Below are positions 25,911 to 34,924 of a stretch of 64,000 nucleotides of DNA, piece after piece. The notes under the pieces are model-generated. The model was not told the DNA's origin. It worked only from the letters and a program-made list of their open reading frames with translations, and searched no databases. The DNA is from Myxococcales bacterium (GTDB lineage: Bacteria; Myxococcota_A; Polyangia; Polyangiales; Houyiibacteriaceae), in NCBI GenBank assembly GCA_024640845.1, contig JAHEEE010000145.1:456-64455 (forward strand), read 5' to 3'. The first letter of the stretch is position 1; the number at the start of each line of letters is the position of its first letter. A program made the translations under genes and the position numbers.

Positions 25911-27583
25911 CGCGATGGCTCCTGCTCGGATGGGCGGTCTTGGCTCTGCTGGTGTTCTCGCAGGGCGCTCGGGCCGCATCGCGGCAGAGCGTCACTGTGA
26001 AGGTCGTCGACGTCGCGGGTGGGCGAGCGTATCTACGACCCGGTGAGTCCGCCGGTATTGGCGTTGGTTCCGTCGTAACCGTTCGGGGTCGTCGGTACCG
26101 CGTTGCCGGCGCGACCGAACAACACATCGTCGTCGAGATGAAGGAACGCGAGCTCCGAATAGGGATGACCGGAGTGGCTACCGCGAAGCGCCCCGAGGCG
26201 GCACCAGCCGAGCTTCCGACTCCCGAGCCACTGAGCGCCTACGAGGACCAGTGGCCGGACGCCGTCCCCCCCGCAAACGGGCAGACCCCTGAGTACGTTC
26301 CGTTGGGAAACTGGTCCGACCGCCAAAGAGTGGACCTCGCGCTTTCGACGAACGTTGGCGGCGTCATCGGGCTCAAAGAAAGCGAGTCGTCATTCGGGCG
26401 GGCTTCATTGCGCACCCGCCTTCATGCCGAGCCGTTCGAACAGCCCGTCTTCTTCGACGTCGATTTCGCCCTGCAGTCCTGGTTCGGAGGGGGCATCAGC
26501 AACCGTCCGGGCGGCTCGTCGCGACCGCTCGTGCTGGTTCGCGACCTCCAGTTTGGGTACGGCACGGCGCAAAGCGCACAGGTAGGTTTGGGGCGCATGC
26601 CGTTCGTCGCGGTCGGCGTCGGCCAGCTCGACGGGGCGCGCGTGCGGTCCCCATCGTGGGCGGGATTCTCCATCGGCGCTTTCGGCGGCACCTTGCCTAA
26701 TCCCTTGGACAACCTGCCGAGTCTCGAGGCTACCCGTTTTGGCGGAGAGCTCGTCTATCAGAATCTGGCTCTCGACGCTCAGCCCTTCGTCGCGCTTTCT
26801 GCCCATGGCTCAGTCTTCATGGGCAACATCGACGAGCGCCGCGTCAACGCCGAGTTCAGCGTGTTCCCTGGCAACGGTAGTCTGGCCGGTCATTTCGAGC
26901 TCTCGGTTCACGACGAGAACAACATATGGCAAGCGCCAAGGGTTCAAGTCAGCGCCGCTGGTCTGGACGCCTCCGTTCGTATTGGGCTCTTTCAGATCTC
27001 GGGCCGCTTCGACATGCGCTACCCGGAGCGCTCCTTGTGGCTGACGAACTACCTGCCGCTAGGCTACCTGTGCAACACGGTTCCGGATCCGACATCGAGC
27101 AATGGCGACCAGCTGGTCTGCCAGAACAGTAGCGACGCCCGATACTTCGGCGGATTGGACATGAGCTTCTCGTTCTCGCGGCTCGTCCTGCATGCAGGAG
27201 GCAATCTCGTCCACAGCGAGACCGAGGATGAGTTCGAGCAGCTCGCCGGCTATCTCCAGGCGCGAATTCTGCGCATTGCCGAGATCGCCTGGATGGACTT
27301 GTCGGTCGCGGCATACGCACGCTCGTTCGTGTCCGACTACGCCGCCCGCCTCGCGGCGGGCGTCAACATCGGCCAGGCGGGCGAGATCTCCGCATACTAT
27401 CGGGTGTCTCTGAACCAATACAACGCCTCACCCGACAACTTCCTACAGCAGTCGGCCGGTGGGATTTTCTATTGGTCGATCCTGGACGACCTCGATCTTG
27501 GTCTTCGTGTCGACGGCATGTTCGGCGAAGACGTGAGCGTCCTCGTGCTCGGCTCAAATCTGACTTGGCGGCCGTCCTGGTGA
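25907..27583 (+). CDS. Putative outer-membrane beta-barrel (porin-like) protein with small N-terminal soluble domain
   Basis: ATG at 25907 overlaps the upstream stop (ATGA). Signal peptide ...FSQGARA/AS. Long alternating beta-strand-like sequence. C-terminal ...NLTWRPSW. Confidence 0.7.
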   Translation: MTRWLLLGWAVLALLVFSQGARAASRQSVTVKVVDVAGGRAYLRPGESAGIGVGSVVTVRGRRYRVAGATEQHIVVEMKERELRIGMTGVATAKRPEAAPAELPTPEPLSAYEDQWPDAVPPANGQTPEYVPLGNWSDRQRVDLALSTNVGGVIGLKESESSFGRASLRTRLHAEPFEQPVFFDVDFALQSWFGGGISNRPGGSSRPLVLVRDLQFGYGTAQSAQVGLGRMPFVAVGVGQLDGARVRSPSWAGFSIGAFGGTLPNPLDNLPSLEATRFGGELVYQNLALDAQPFVALSAHGSVFMGNIDERRVNAEFSVFPGNGSLAGHFELSVHDENNIWQAPRVQVSAAGLDASVRIGLFQISGRFDMRYPERSLWLTNYLPLGYLCNTVPDPTSSNGDQLVCQNSSDARYFGGLDMSFSFSRLVLHAGGNLVHSETEDEFEQLAGYLQARILRIAEIAWMDLSVAAYARSFVSDYAARLAAGVNIGQAGEISAYYRVSLNQYNASPDNFLQQSAGGIFYWSILDDLDLGLRVDGMFGEDVSVLVLGSNLTWRPSW

Positions 27584-27617
27584 CGTGAGATAAAGGCTTT
27601 TCGCCAAAGGAGGAGCT

Positions 27618-28736
27618 GTGGCGAAGACGATTGCAATCCTTACGAGCGGCGGCGATGCGCCGGGCATGAACGCTGCCGTTCGAGCGGCGACGATGGTCGC
27701 GTTGGCAAAGGGCCATCGCATGCTCGGTATACGCCACGGCTATCGCGGTCTTCTCGACGAGAAGATCGCCCCGCTCGAGGCGAACCGTGTCAATAGGATC
27801 TTGCGTGAGGGAGGAACGATTCTCCACTCGTCGCGCTGCAAGCGGTTCCACCACGTCGAGCATCGCGAGCGCGCGCGCGCGGCGCTCACCAAGCACGGCG
27901 TCGATGGCCTGGTCGCCATCGGAGGCAACGGCACGCTCACGGGGCTGACGCTTCTGAGCGATCCGGCCGAAGCCGGCGACTGGCCCGTCCAGTGCATCGG
28001 AATCCCCGCCTCGATCGACAACGACATCGCTCTCACGGGCTTGGCGATTGGGGTCGACACCGCGATGAATACGATCGTCGAGGCCTGCGATCGCATTGCA
28101 GACACGGCCACCGCCCACGGGCGCACCTTCATCATCGAGGTGATGGGACGCGACTGCGGCTACCTCTCGATGACTGCCGCGATTGCATCGGGAGCCAACA
28201 TGGTGTTGTTTCCGGAGGCTGCGCGCACTGAGGAAGAGCTCGTGGCGTCCATGGTGAAGACGATTCTGAGCGTGCGGGAGCATCATCCCGAGGACCAAAG
28301 AGTCGTCGCGATCAAGGCCGAAGGCGTTCCAACTCCTACGGAACGTCTCAAAGAGTTGGTCGATGCGAAGCTCGCCGAGGTCACTGGCGAGGAAGCGCCG
28401 CACGAGGACGACGACATCGAAACACGCGTGACGGTGCTCGGGCACGTGGTGCGCGGGGGAAGACCAAGCGCGTTCGACCGCCTGTTGGGCAGTCGCTTGG
28501 GAAACGTGGCGGTGCGCGCCGTTTTGGCAGGGGAGCACCGAAAGATGGTGTCGTGGCTGCCCCCGATGGATCTCCCCGAAGGCGTGGGCACTCGCTCGCC
28601 CGCGGATCCGTACTGTTACCTCGTCGATCTGCCCGCGGTTCTCGCTGCGACGAAGGCGCTTCTCGAAGGGCAAAGCCCGCTGGCGCGCTGGCGGGCGACG
28701 GCGTTCGACGACCTCGAGGACGTGTTTCTGTTATAA
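27618..28736 (+). CDS. pfkA: ATP-dependent 6-phosphofructokinase
   Basis: Canonical N-terminus IAILTSGGDAPGMNAA, plus IGGNGT and MGRDCGYL motifs. AGGAGG precedes the GTG start. Confidence 0.9.
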   Translation: MAKTIAILTSGGDAPGMNAAVRAATMVALAKGHRMLGIRHGYRGLLDEKIAPLEANRVNRILREGGTILHSSRCKRFHHVEHRERARAALTKHGVDGLVAIGGNGTLTGLTLLSDPAEAGDWPVQCIGIPASIDNDIALTGLAIGVDTAMNTIVEACDRIADTATAHGRTFIIEVMGRDCGYLSMTAAIASGANMVLFPEAARTEEELVASMVKTILSVREHHPEDQRVVAIKAEGVPTPTERLKELVDAKLAEVTGEEAPHEDDDIETRVTVLGHVVRGGRPSAFDRLLGSRLGNVAVRAVLAGEHRKMVSWLPPMDLPEGVGTRSPADPYCYLVDLPAVLAATKALLEGQSPLARWRATAFDDLEDVFLL

Positions 28737-28743
28737 AGAAGAG

Positions 28744-29313
28744 GTGATTCGGCTGTCTTGGGTGGGGTTGGCCTTCGTCGCGGAGGCGCTTGCGTTGCTC
28801 GTCTCACCCGGGGCGTTCGCTCAAGAGGAGCCCGCCGTCCAGATCATCACCGAGCCGCCCAAACCAAAGCTCGGCCAGCTGCGTGTCGCCGGCGGCATCG
28901 GGTTTGGCTTTGGTTCCAACACGCTCTCGTTCGGGGTGTCGCCGCAGCTTTCTTACATCTTCAAGAAGATCGTCGAGCCCGGTGTCGCGATTCGCTATGA
29001 GTACACCAAGGACCGCCTCGTCGTTCCGGAGGCCACCTGGAATACGTTCGGCAGCTCGCTTTTCGTCAGGCTCTACCCGATCCAATCGCTCTTCGTCCTC
29101 GTCGAGGGCGAGCTGATCAACACGGGCTTCAAGCAAGGTGGTTTCAATTCCGGCCGTGCGAACTATGGCAACCTGCTTCTCGGCGGCGGGTACCTCATGG
29201 GGGTTGGCCGGGGCGCATTCGTCATCGTCGCACTCAAGGTGAACGTCTTCCGCAACCCGTTCTACCCGAGCAACATCCCGATCATCGGCTTCGGCGCGGG
29301 CTTCGGCTTCTAG
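28744..29313 (+). CDS. Small outer-membrane beta-barrel protein
   Basis: 189 aa. Signal peptide ...SPGAFA/QE. Gly/aromatic-rich strands. Ends ...GFGAGFGF. Confidence 0.55.
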   Translation: MIRLSWVGLAFVAEALALLVSPGAFAQEEPAVQIITEPPKPKLGQLRVAGGIGFGFGSNTLSFGVSPQLSYIFKKIVEPGVAIRYEYTKDRLVVPEATWNTFGSSLFVRLYPIQSLFVLVEGELINTGFKQGGFNSGRANYGNLLLGGGYLMGVGRGAFVIVALKVNVFRNPFYPSNIPIIGFGAGFGF

Positions 29314-30446
29314 GGGGCGCCGTCGAACAGATCTTGAAAGCCGCTTGGTTCGTGGCGGCCGAAGACGATTGTCTCGAGAATGCCGATGCCGGTCTTATCG
29401 CCCATCCTCGCGCGAACGACGTTGTGCACGTGAATGCTGCAGTATTCGTCCGGCTCGACCTCGTCGAGCTTCCAGCTCTCATAGCCGATCTCGAGCTCGT
29501 CCCGCCAGACGGCGTGACCCCACTCTGGGTGCTGGTATCCGATGCCCATCATTTGGAAACGAAAGATTGGCTCGAGCTCGATCTCGAGCTTGGTGCCGTC
29601 CCGCTTTACGAACACGAGTGTGGCGCCCTTCGGCCAGCGGGTCCCGCTCTTCCAGCGGATCACGTTCGTCGCCGACGCCATCTTCTCTTCGTCTACTTGG
29701 ACGATCTCTTTTGGCAAGTCTTGTTCGTCGGGATAGGTCTTGACGATCGACGCCGCGATCTCCTCTGCATAGCCATCGGGCAGCTCACGCGTCAGGAAGT
29801 GCGTGCAAAACCCATCGAAGTGAATCGGCGACCAAATCCAATAGACCGCCGGATCGCTCGTGAGCTTACTAGGCGCTCCTTCTTCGTACTCCCCCACGGG
29901 GCGCATGCCCCAGGACTTGTCGCGATTGCCGATGACCTCGCCCCGCTTCACCTCGAAGCGACGCCCTTTGATGGAAAAGTAGCCCTCCCAGGTGCCGTAC
30001 TGCGTGAAGCGCTGCGCGTCCATGATGAGCCGACTGCCGTCCCACATGTGGTTCTTCGGCTCTTGCACCGGCGGCGCCTTCGCGTGGAACGTCAGGTCGC
30101 ATTCGATCTCGGTGTCGTTGGGGTCGATTGCCACGCGAATGCGGCGCATCGGCTCCAGCACCTCGACTCGCATCGGTCCCGCGCTCGAATCCAGGGGGTT
30201 GTCGGCGATGCGTCGCGATGCGTGGAAGGAATGCTGAACGCCATCGACTGCGACGCTGAAGTGCGCGTCTTGCACGAAGCGGTTCGGATACCGACCGAAG
30301 CCAGCCTCGAACAGGAAGGTGCCGGACCTGTCGAAGCCGTTGAACCAGTACCGGTCGTACGCGTTCCGGTTGACGATCCCCATCTGGTTGATGGGAAGGG
30401 CGGCCTGATGGATCAAGTAGTCATCGAAGTCGGTGATCATGCTCAT
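29310..30446 (-). CDS. Conserved hypothetical protein
   Basis: 378 aa with coding-like composition. Translationally coupled to the upstream CoA-transferase gene (ATGA at 30443-30446). I recognise no motif. Confidence 0.65.
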   Translation of the reverse strand: MSMITDFDDYLIHQAALPINQMGIVNRNAYDRYWFNGFDRSGTFLFEAGFGRYPNRFVQDAHFSVAVDGVQHSFHASRRIADNPLDSSAGPMRVEVLEPMRRIRVAIDPNDTEIECDLTFHAKAPPVQEPKNHMWDGSRLIMDAQRFTQYGTWEGYFSIKGRRFEVKRGEVIGNRDKSWGMRPVGEYEEGAPSKLTSDPAVYWIWSPIHFDGFCTHFLTRELPDGYAEEIAASIVKTYPDEQDLPKEIVQVDEEKMASATNVIRWKSGTRWPKGATLVFVKRDGTKLEIELEPIFRFQMMGIGYQHPEWGHAVWRDELEIGYESWKLDEVEPDEYCSIHVHNVVRARMGDKTGIGILETIVFGRHEPSGFQDLFDGAP

Positions 30447-31555
30447 TCTCCCGGGTCGGGGTAGGTGATACCGCAGGCCGCGAAGACCTCTTCGTTGTCG
30501 GCGCCGCGCTCCGCCGCTGGCTTGGGGTCGGCAGCCTTGGTTCGCGAGAAGCGTGGGGCGGCAACCGCATGTTTGATGCCGCCGATGTCGACGAACGAGC
30601 CCCGTGCCTTGTGGTGCTCGTGCTCGAAGACTTCGGCAGCGGCGAGGACAGGCGCGTAGCAGACATCACTGCCGTCGAAGACCTCGTCCCATTCGTCCCG
30701 AGTCTTGCTGAGGAAAATTTCCGTCAGCGTCGGTCGGAGCTCGTTCCATTTCGCTGGGTTCAGATGATCCATCGGCGCGGGTGCCTTACCGACGAGATCG
30801 AGCTTTTCGAGGAGCTCCTTGTAGAACTGCGGCTCGAGCGAGCCGATCGAGATGTACTTGCCGTCTTTGGTTTCGTAAACGTCATAGAACGCCGCGCCGC
30901 TGTCGAGCAGGTTCTCCCCGCGCTTGTCGGACCAAAATCCCTGTTGCATCCCCGCGTAGATGCTTGCCATGAGCGCCGCCACACCATCGACCATGGCGGC
31001 GTCCACCACCTGCCCTTTCCCCGACTTCTGCGCCTCGAGCAGCGCGGTGACGACCCCAAACGCGAGAAGCAGGCCGCCGCCACCGAAGTCGCCGACGAGG
31101 TTGAGCGGGACTGTCGGGCGCTGCCCTTTGTGGCCGATCGCATGAAGCGCGCCTGCAAGCGAGATGTAGTTGATGTCGTGGCCCGCGCGCTTCGCCCATG
31201 GGCCGTCCTGGCCCCAGCCGGTCATGCGTCCGAAAACGAGCTTCGGGTTCGCCTCGAGGCAAACGTCGGGCCCGATGCCGAGGCGCTCCATCACGCCGGG
31301 GCGGAAGCCTTCGATGAGCGCGTCGGCAAATTCGAGCATCTTGAGGAGTGCGGCCTTGCCGTCCGGCTTCTTCAGATCGAGCGTGACGCTTTTCTTGCCG
31401 CGGCTCATCACGTCGAAGCTTGCCTGCAGGAACGAAGGCTCCGGTCGTCCGACGCGAATGACTTCCGCGCCGAGGTCGGCAAGCAGCATCCCGCCGAAGG
31501 GGCAGGGGCCGATGCCCTCGATTTCGATGATTCTAAACCCGTCGAGTGGTCCCAT
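30443..31555 (-). CDS. Family III CoA-transferase (CaiB/BaiF; alpha-methylacyl-CoA racemase-like)
   Basis: N-terminus MGPLDGFRIIEIEGIGPCPFGGMLLADLGAEVIRV is the family hallmark. 370 aa. Confidence 0.85.
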   Translation of the reverse strand: MGPLDGFRIIEIEGIGPCPFGGMLLADLGAEVIRVGRPEPSFLQASFDVMSRGKKSVTLDLKKPDGKAALLKMLEFADALIEGFRPGVMERLGIGPDVCLEANPKLVFGRMTGWGQDGPWAKRAGHDINYISLAGALHAIGHKGQRPTVPLNLVGDFGGGGLLLAFGVVTALLEAQKSGKGQVVDAAMVDGVAALMASIYAGMQQGFWSDKRGENLLDSGAAFYDVYETKDGKYISIGSLEPQFYKELLEKLDLVGKAPAPMDHLNPAKWNELRPTLTEIFLSKTRDEWDEVFDGSDVCYAPVLAAAEVFEHEHHKARGSFVDIGGIKHAVAAPRFSRTKAADPKPAAERGADNEEVFAACGITYPDPGE

Positions 31556-31558
31556 GGT

Positions 31559-32635
31559 CTACAGCTCCGATAGCGCGCGGCGCAACGTGATCGACGCGAG
31601 GTTTTCGTAGTCGAACTCGTTTTCTTCGTCGATGATTTCAATCTTTTTCATGTACTGCCCGACGCGCGCCATGTTCATCGAGAACCGAGTGAGCGCCAGG
31701 ATAGTATAGTAGTCGAAGTGGGTGGCCTTGCGCCCCGTGGACTCTTCCCAGCGCGCAATCGTTTCTTCCTTGCTCGGAACGCCGGCGAGCCGTTCGAGCT
31801 CGAGGCCCTCCGAGAAGCAACGGTCTGACGCAAGCCACCACGCGAGGTCCTGCACGGGATCGCCGAGGCGCGCCATCTCCCAGTCGAGGACCGCGACGCA
31901 CTCGACACCGTCGAAGATCTGGTTTGCGAGACGCGAGTCACCCCAGCAGAGCGCCACCGGCTGGTCCGGAGGCTTGTTGCCCTCCAAGTACTCGAGCGCT
32001 TTGCTGATGTCAGGATGTCGGGACGCTTCCATTCCCCAACGAAAATACTCCTGCCAGTAGTCGAGCTGTTGATCGAGCGGATTGTCGCCTCGCTTCGGCT
32101 CCGCGAGAAAGTCAAAGCCGAGGGCCTTCCAATCGAGCCGGTGGACTTTGCACATCGCTTCGAGCCCGTTCCACCAAATCGCCTCGCGCTCGGCCTCGGT
32201 GGTCTCTTCGGCTAGCCATCCTTCGTCGTGCATCGGCGGGTTGTCGGTCGGGATCCGGCCCTCGACGCGCGTCATCACGTAGAACGGTACTCCGAGCACT
32301 GATTTGTCGGCTTCGAGCCACCGTACGGTCGGAACCGGGACGTCGGTGTGCTCGAGGAGCTGCAACGCCTTCGCCTGAGCCGCCACATCGTAGTACGGAA
32401 ACATCACGTACTCTTCGGGCTCGAGCCTTGCGACCAGCCCCTCGCGGTGTTCAGCGCCGCCCTTCGGGTAAACGAGGTCGAAGAGCAGGGTGTCACTCGA
32501 GAAACCCGTGCTCAGAGGCGCGTCGAGATCTTCGATGCTGATCTCTTCAGCCGGCACGGAAAGCTTGGGCGCGAGCCACGCTCTGAGTTGCGCGGCGGTC
32601 TGATCGAGATCCCTCTCTTCGTCTGCAAACGCCAT
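31559..32635 (-). CDS. APH-like phosphotransferase family protein
   Basis: ...CWGDSRLANQIF... and ...VLDWEMARLGDPVQDLAW... (Brenner and DxD motifs of aminoglycoside/choline-kinase-like enzymes). Confidence 0.8.
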   Translation of the reverse strand: MAFADEERDLDQTAAQLRAWLAPKLSVPAEEISIEDLDAPLSTGFSSDTLLFDLVYPKGGAEHREGLVARLEPEEYVMFPYYDVAAQAKALQLLEHTDVPVPTVRWLEADKSVLGVPFYVMTRVEGRIPTDNPPMHDEGWLAEETTEAEREAIWWNGLEAMCKVHRLDWKALGFDFLAEPKRGDNPLDQQLDYWQEYFRWGMEASRHPDISKALEYLEGNKPPDQPVALCWGDSRLANQIFDGVECVAVLDWEMARLGDPVQDLAWWLASDRCFSEGLELERLAGVPSKEETIARWEESTGRKATHFDYYTILALTRFSMNMARVGQYMKKIEIIDEENEFDYENLASITLRRALSEL

Positions 32636-32681
32636 TCACTTGCCTCGTCACGGCGCGCGCGCCGCGGCTTTGCCATTTAGC

Positions 32682-33479
32682 CTATTCTTGCTCGCGGGGC
32701 GACCAATCGTTGACCACTCGAAAGAGGCGCCCGGGTGGGAGCGCGAGGCGCAAGAGCCGAAACATTTTGCTCACGCCGATCCACACCTGTTCCTGCCCGC
32801 TCTCGATGCCCCGTACCATGCGACGCGCGCACTCGTCGGGGCTCATCTTCTTCCAATTCTTCTCGGCGAGCATCTCCGTATCGACCACCGGCGGAAACAC
32901 TTCGATCACGCGTATCTGACCTTGCACATGATAGCGGAGGCATTCCGCGTACGCGTGCAAGCCCGCTTTGCTGGTACTGTAGATCGGCGTGTTCGCCAGC
33001 GGACCGAGACCGGCGGGCGAGCCGACGATGACGATCACCGGGTCGGGCGCTTCACGCAGCCCGTCGAGCATGCGCTGCGTGAGCTCGATCGGTCCCCACA
33101 GGTTTGCGTCGATCATCTTCTTGGCAACGCCGAGGTCGAGGTCGTTCGAGAGGGACTCGAATCCGAGGATCGCCGCGTTGCTGATCAGCGTGTCGACGCG
33201 ATGCCCATCCCGGGCGATGGCGTCGAGCATGTCTTGTAAGTCTTGCGAGCTCGTTAGATCGCACCGGTACGGATGGATGAGGCTCGACACAGCCGCGGTG
33301 TCTTCCAGCAGCGGCAGTCGCCGCCCGCAAATGAGGACAGTGTTGCCCTTGCTGGCAAGCTGCCGCGCCAACGCCCGACCGATACCCGTGCCGCCACCCG
33401 TCAGAAGGACTGTCCGCTCGATGAGATCCATGGACGCGAAGTCTGTGTCACCTTGAGAAAACCGCCACCGCCAACTCAT
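32682..33479 (-). CDS. Short-chain dehydrogenase/reductase
   Basis: LTGGGTGIGRAL cofactor motif and YSTSKAGL catalytic YxxxK. The start may instead be the internal ATG at 33431. Confidence 0.85.
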   Translation of the reverse strand: MSWRWRFSQGDTDFASMDLIERTVLLTGGGTGIGRALARQLASKGNTVLICGRRLPLLEDTAAVSSLIHPYRCDLTSSQDLQDMLDAIARDGHRVDTLISNAAILGFESLSNDLDLGVAKKMIDANLWGPIELTQRMLDGLREAPDPVIVIVGSPAGLGPLANTPIYSTSKAGLHAYAECLRYHVQGQIRVIEVFPPVVDTEMLAEKNWKKMSPDECARRMVRGIESGQEQVWIGVSKMFRLLRLALPPGRLFRVVNDWSPREQE

Positions 33480-34213
33480 CGCGGGAGCAGGGTCGAGCCG
33501 ATCAGGTAGAACGCAAGTAAAGCAAGCACGAGCTGGAACCAGAATACGAAGCGCTCTTTGGAGACCCGGCTTAATAAGTGTTTACCAAAGTACGTACCGC
33601 CGATGACCGCCGCGACGAGGGCTGCGAGCATCCCGATGTACGGACTGTAGTCGAAGCTCAGCGCGAGGAAGGCGGGGATCTTCAGCAGGTGCAACCAGGT
33701 TTGGCAGACCGCCTTGGTAGCGATGACCTCCTCGTTGTCGAAGTCGTCGCGAAGAAAGAACGGCGCGAGAAAGGGTCCCGTGGCCCCGACGAAGATTGTG
33801 AGCAGACCCGCTGCGAGACCGAGCACCCCATATGACCAGACCGGCGGGTTCCGAAGCTTTGGCTTGTACTTCCGCCACACGAGGAAGGCCAAAATGAACG
33901 CGCCGATCCACGCCCTGAACCAAGTGAGCTCGAGGTCCGCCCAGATGTTCGCCGCGATCGCAATGCCGACGGCAGCCGGGATCATGAACGCAAAGAAGAT
34001 CGACCAGCGGACGTGCTTGCGAAACGCCCAGGTTCGCGTCCAGTTCGAGGCAAGTTGCACGATGCCGTGCAGCGGCACGACGACAGGAGCCGGGAGGAGG
34101 GCGGTCATCACGCCGAGCAGGGTGACGCCGCCTGCCATGCCAAGAATCCCCGAGATCGTGGCGGTCACGAAGCAAGCGACGACCAACACGATGACGGTGA
34201 CCATCTCGAACAT
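33476..34213 (-). CDS. TauE/SafE-family sulfite/anion exporter
   Basis: 245 aa, about 8 TM helices, N-terminal ...ISGILGMAGGV... motif typical of DUF81/TauE. Confidence 0.8.
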   Translation of the reverse strand: MFEMVTVIVLVVACFVTATISGILGMAGGVTLLGVMTALLPAPVVVPLHGIVQLASNWTRTWAFRKHVRWSIFFAFMIPAAVGIAIAANIWADLELTWFRAWIGAFILAFLVWRKYKPKLRNPPVWSYGVLGLAAGLLTIFVGATGPFLAPFFLRDDFDNEEVIATKAVCQTWLHLLKIPAFLALSFDYSPYIGMLAALVAAVIGGTYFGKHLLSRVSKERFVFWFQLVLALLAFYLIGSTLLPR

Positions 34214-34276
34214 GGGCGGAGGCTAGCACTCGTTTGGGCTTGTGCTTCGGTTCGGTCGTCGGTATTCACGACAGTG

Positions 34277-34924
34277 ATGCCGGAGCGATCTCTCACTTTC
34301 CACTTCGACTACATCTCGCCGTACAGTTATCTCGCGTGGCACCGCCTGAAGACTTTCGCCCCCGAGCACGAGCTCATCGTGCAGCCGAAGCCAACGGTCT
34401 TTGCCGGGTTCCTCAACGAGTATGGGCACAAGGGCCCCGGCGAGATCGAGCCCAAGCGCGTCTATATGTACAAGGACTGCGTGCGCGGGGCGGCCTTGCT
34501 CGGGATCCCATTCGAGCCTCCGGCAACGCATCCGTTCAACCCGCTGCCTTCGTTGCGCGCGACGCTGCTCGACATGTCCGACGACACCCGGAACGCGCTG
34601 ATCACTCGGTTGTACGCGGCAACCTGGGCGGAGAGTCGCGACGTCGCATCACCGGAAATCGTCGCGGAGCTTTGCGCCGAGGTTGGCGTCTTGGATGCGC
34701 TCGACCGCATCCAAGACCCCCGGATCAAGAAGCGCCTCCTAGACCTGGGCCGCGAGGCCATCGCGCAGGGCGTGTTCGGCGTTCCCACGATGATCGTCGA
34801 CGGCGAGCTCTTTTGGGGCACCGATAGCTTCCCGCATCTCGAGCGATACCTCGCCGGCGAAGATCCTGTACGACCGGAAGACGCGCAACGCTGGGCTGAG
34901 GTGCAAGTGTCCGCGAAGCGCTAG
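34277..34924 (+). CDS. DsbA-fold 2-hydroxychromene-2-carboxylate isomerase family protein
   Basis: ATG at 34277. FHFDYISPYSYLAW N-terminal signature, and ...GVFGVPTMIVDGELFWG... near the C-terminus. Confidence 0.8.
   Translation: MPERSLTFHFDYISPYSYLAWHRLKTFAPEHELIVQPKPTVFAGFLNEYGHKGPGEIEPKRVYMYKDCVRGAALLGIPFEPPATHPFNPLPSLRATLLDMSDDTRNALITRLYAATWAESRDVASPEIVAELCAEVGVLDALDRIQDPRIKKRLLDLGREAIAQGVFGVPTMIVDGELFWGTDSFPHLERYLAGEDPVRPEDAQRWAEVQVSAKR

Noticed and set aside
27363-28673. 436-aa minus-strand ORF.
   Set aside because: It is antisense to an unambiguous pfkA.
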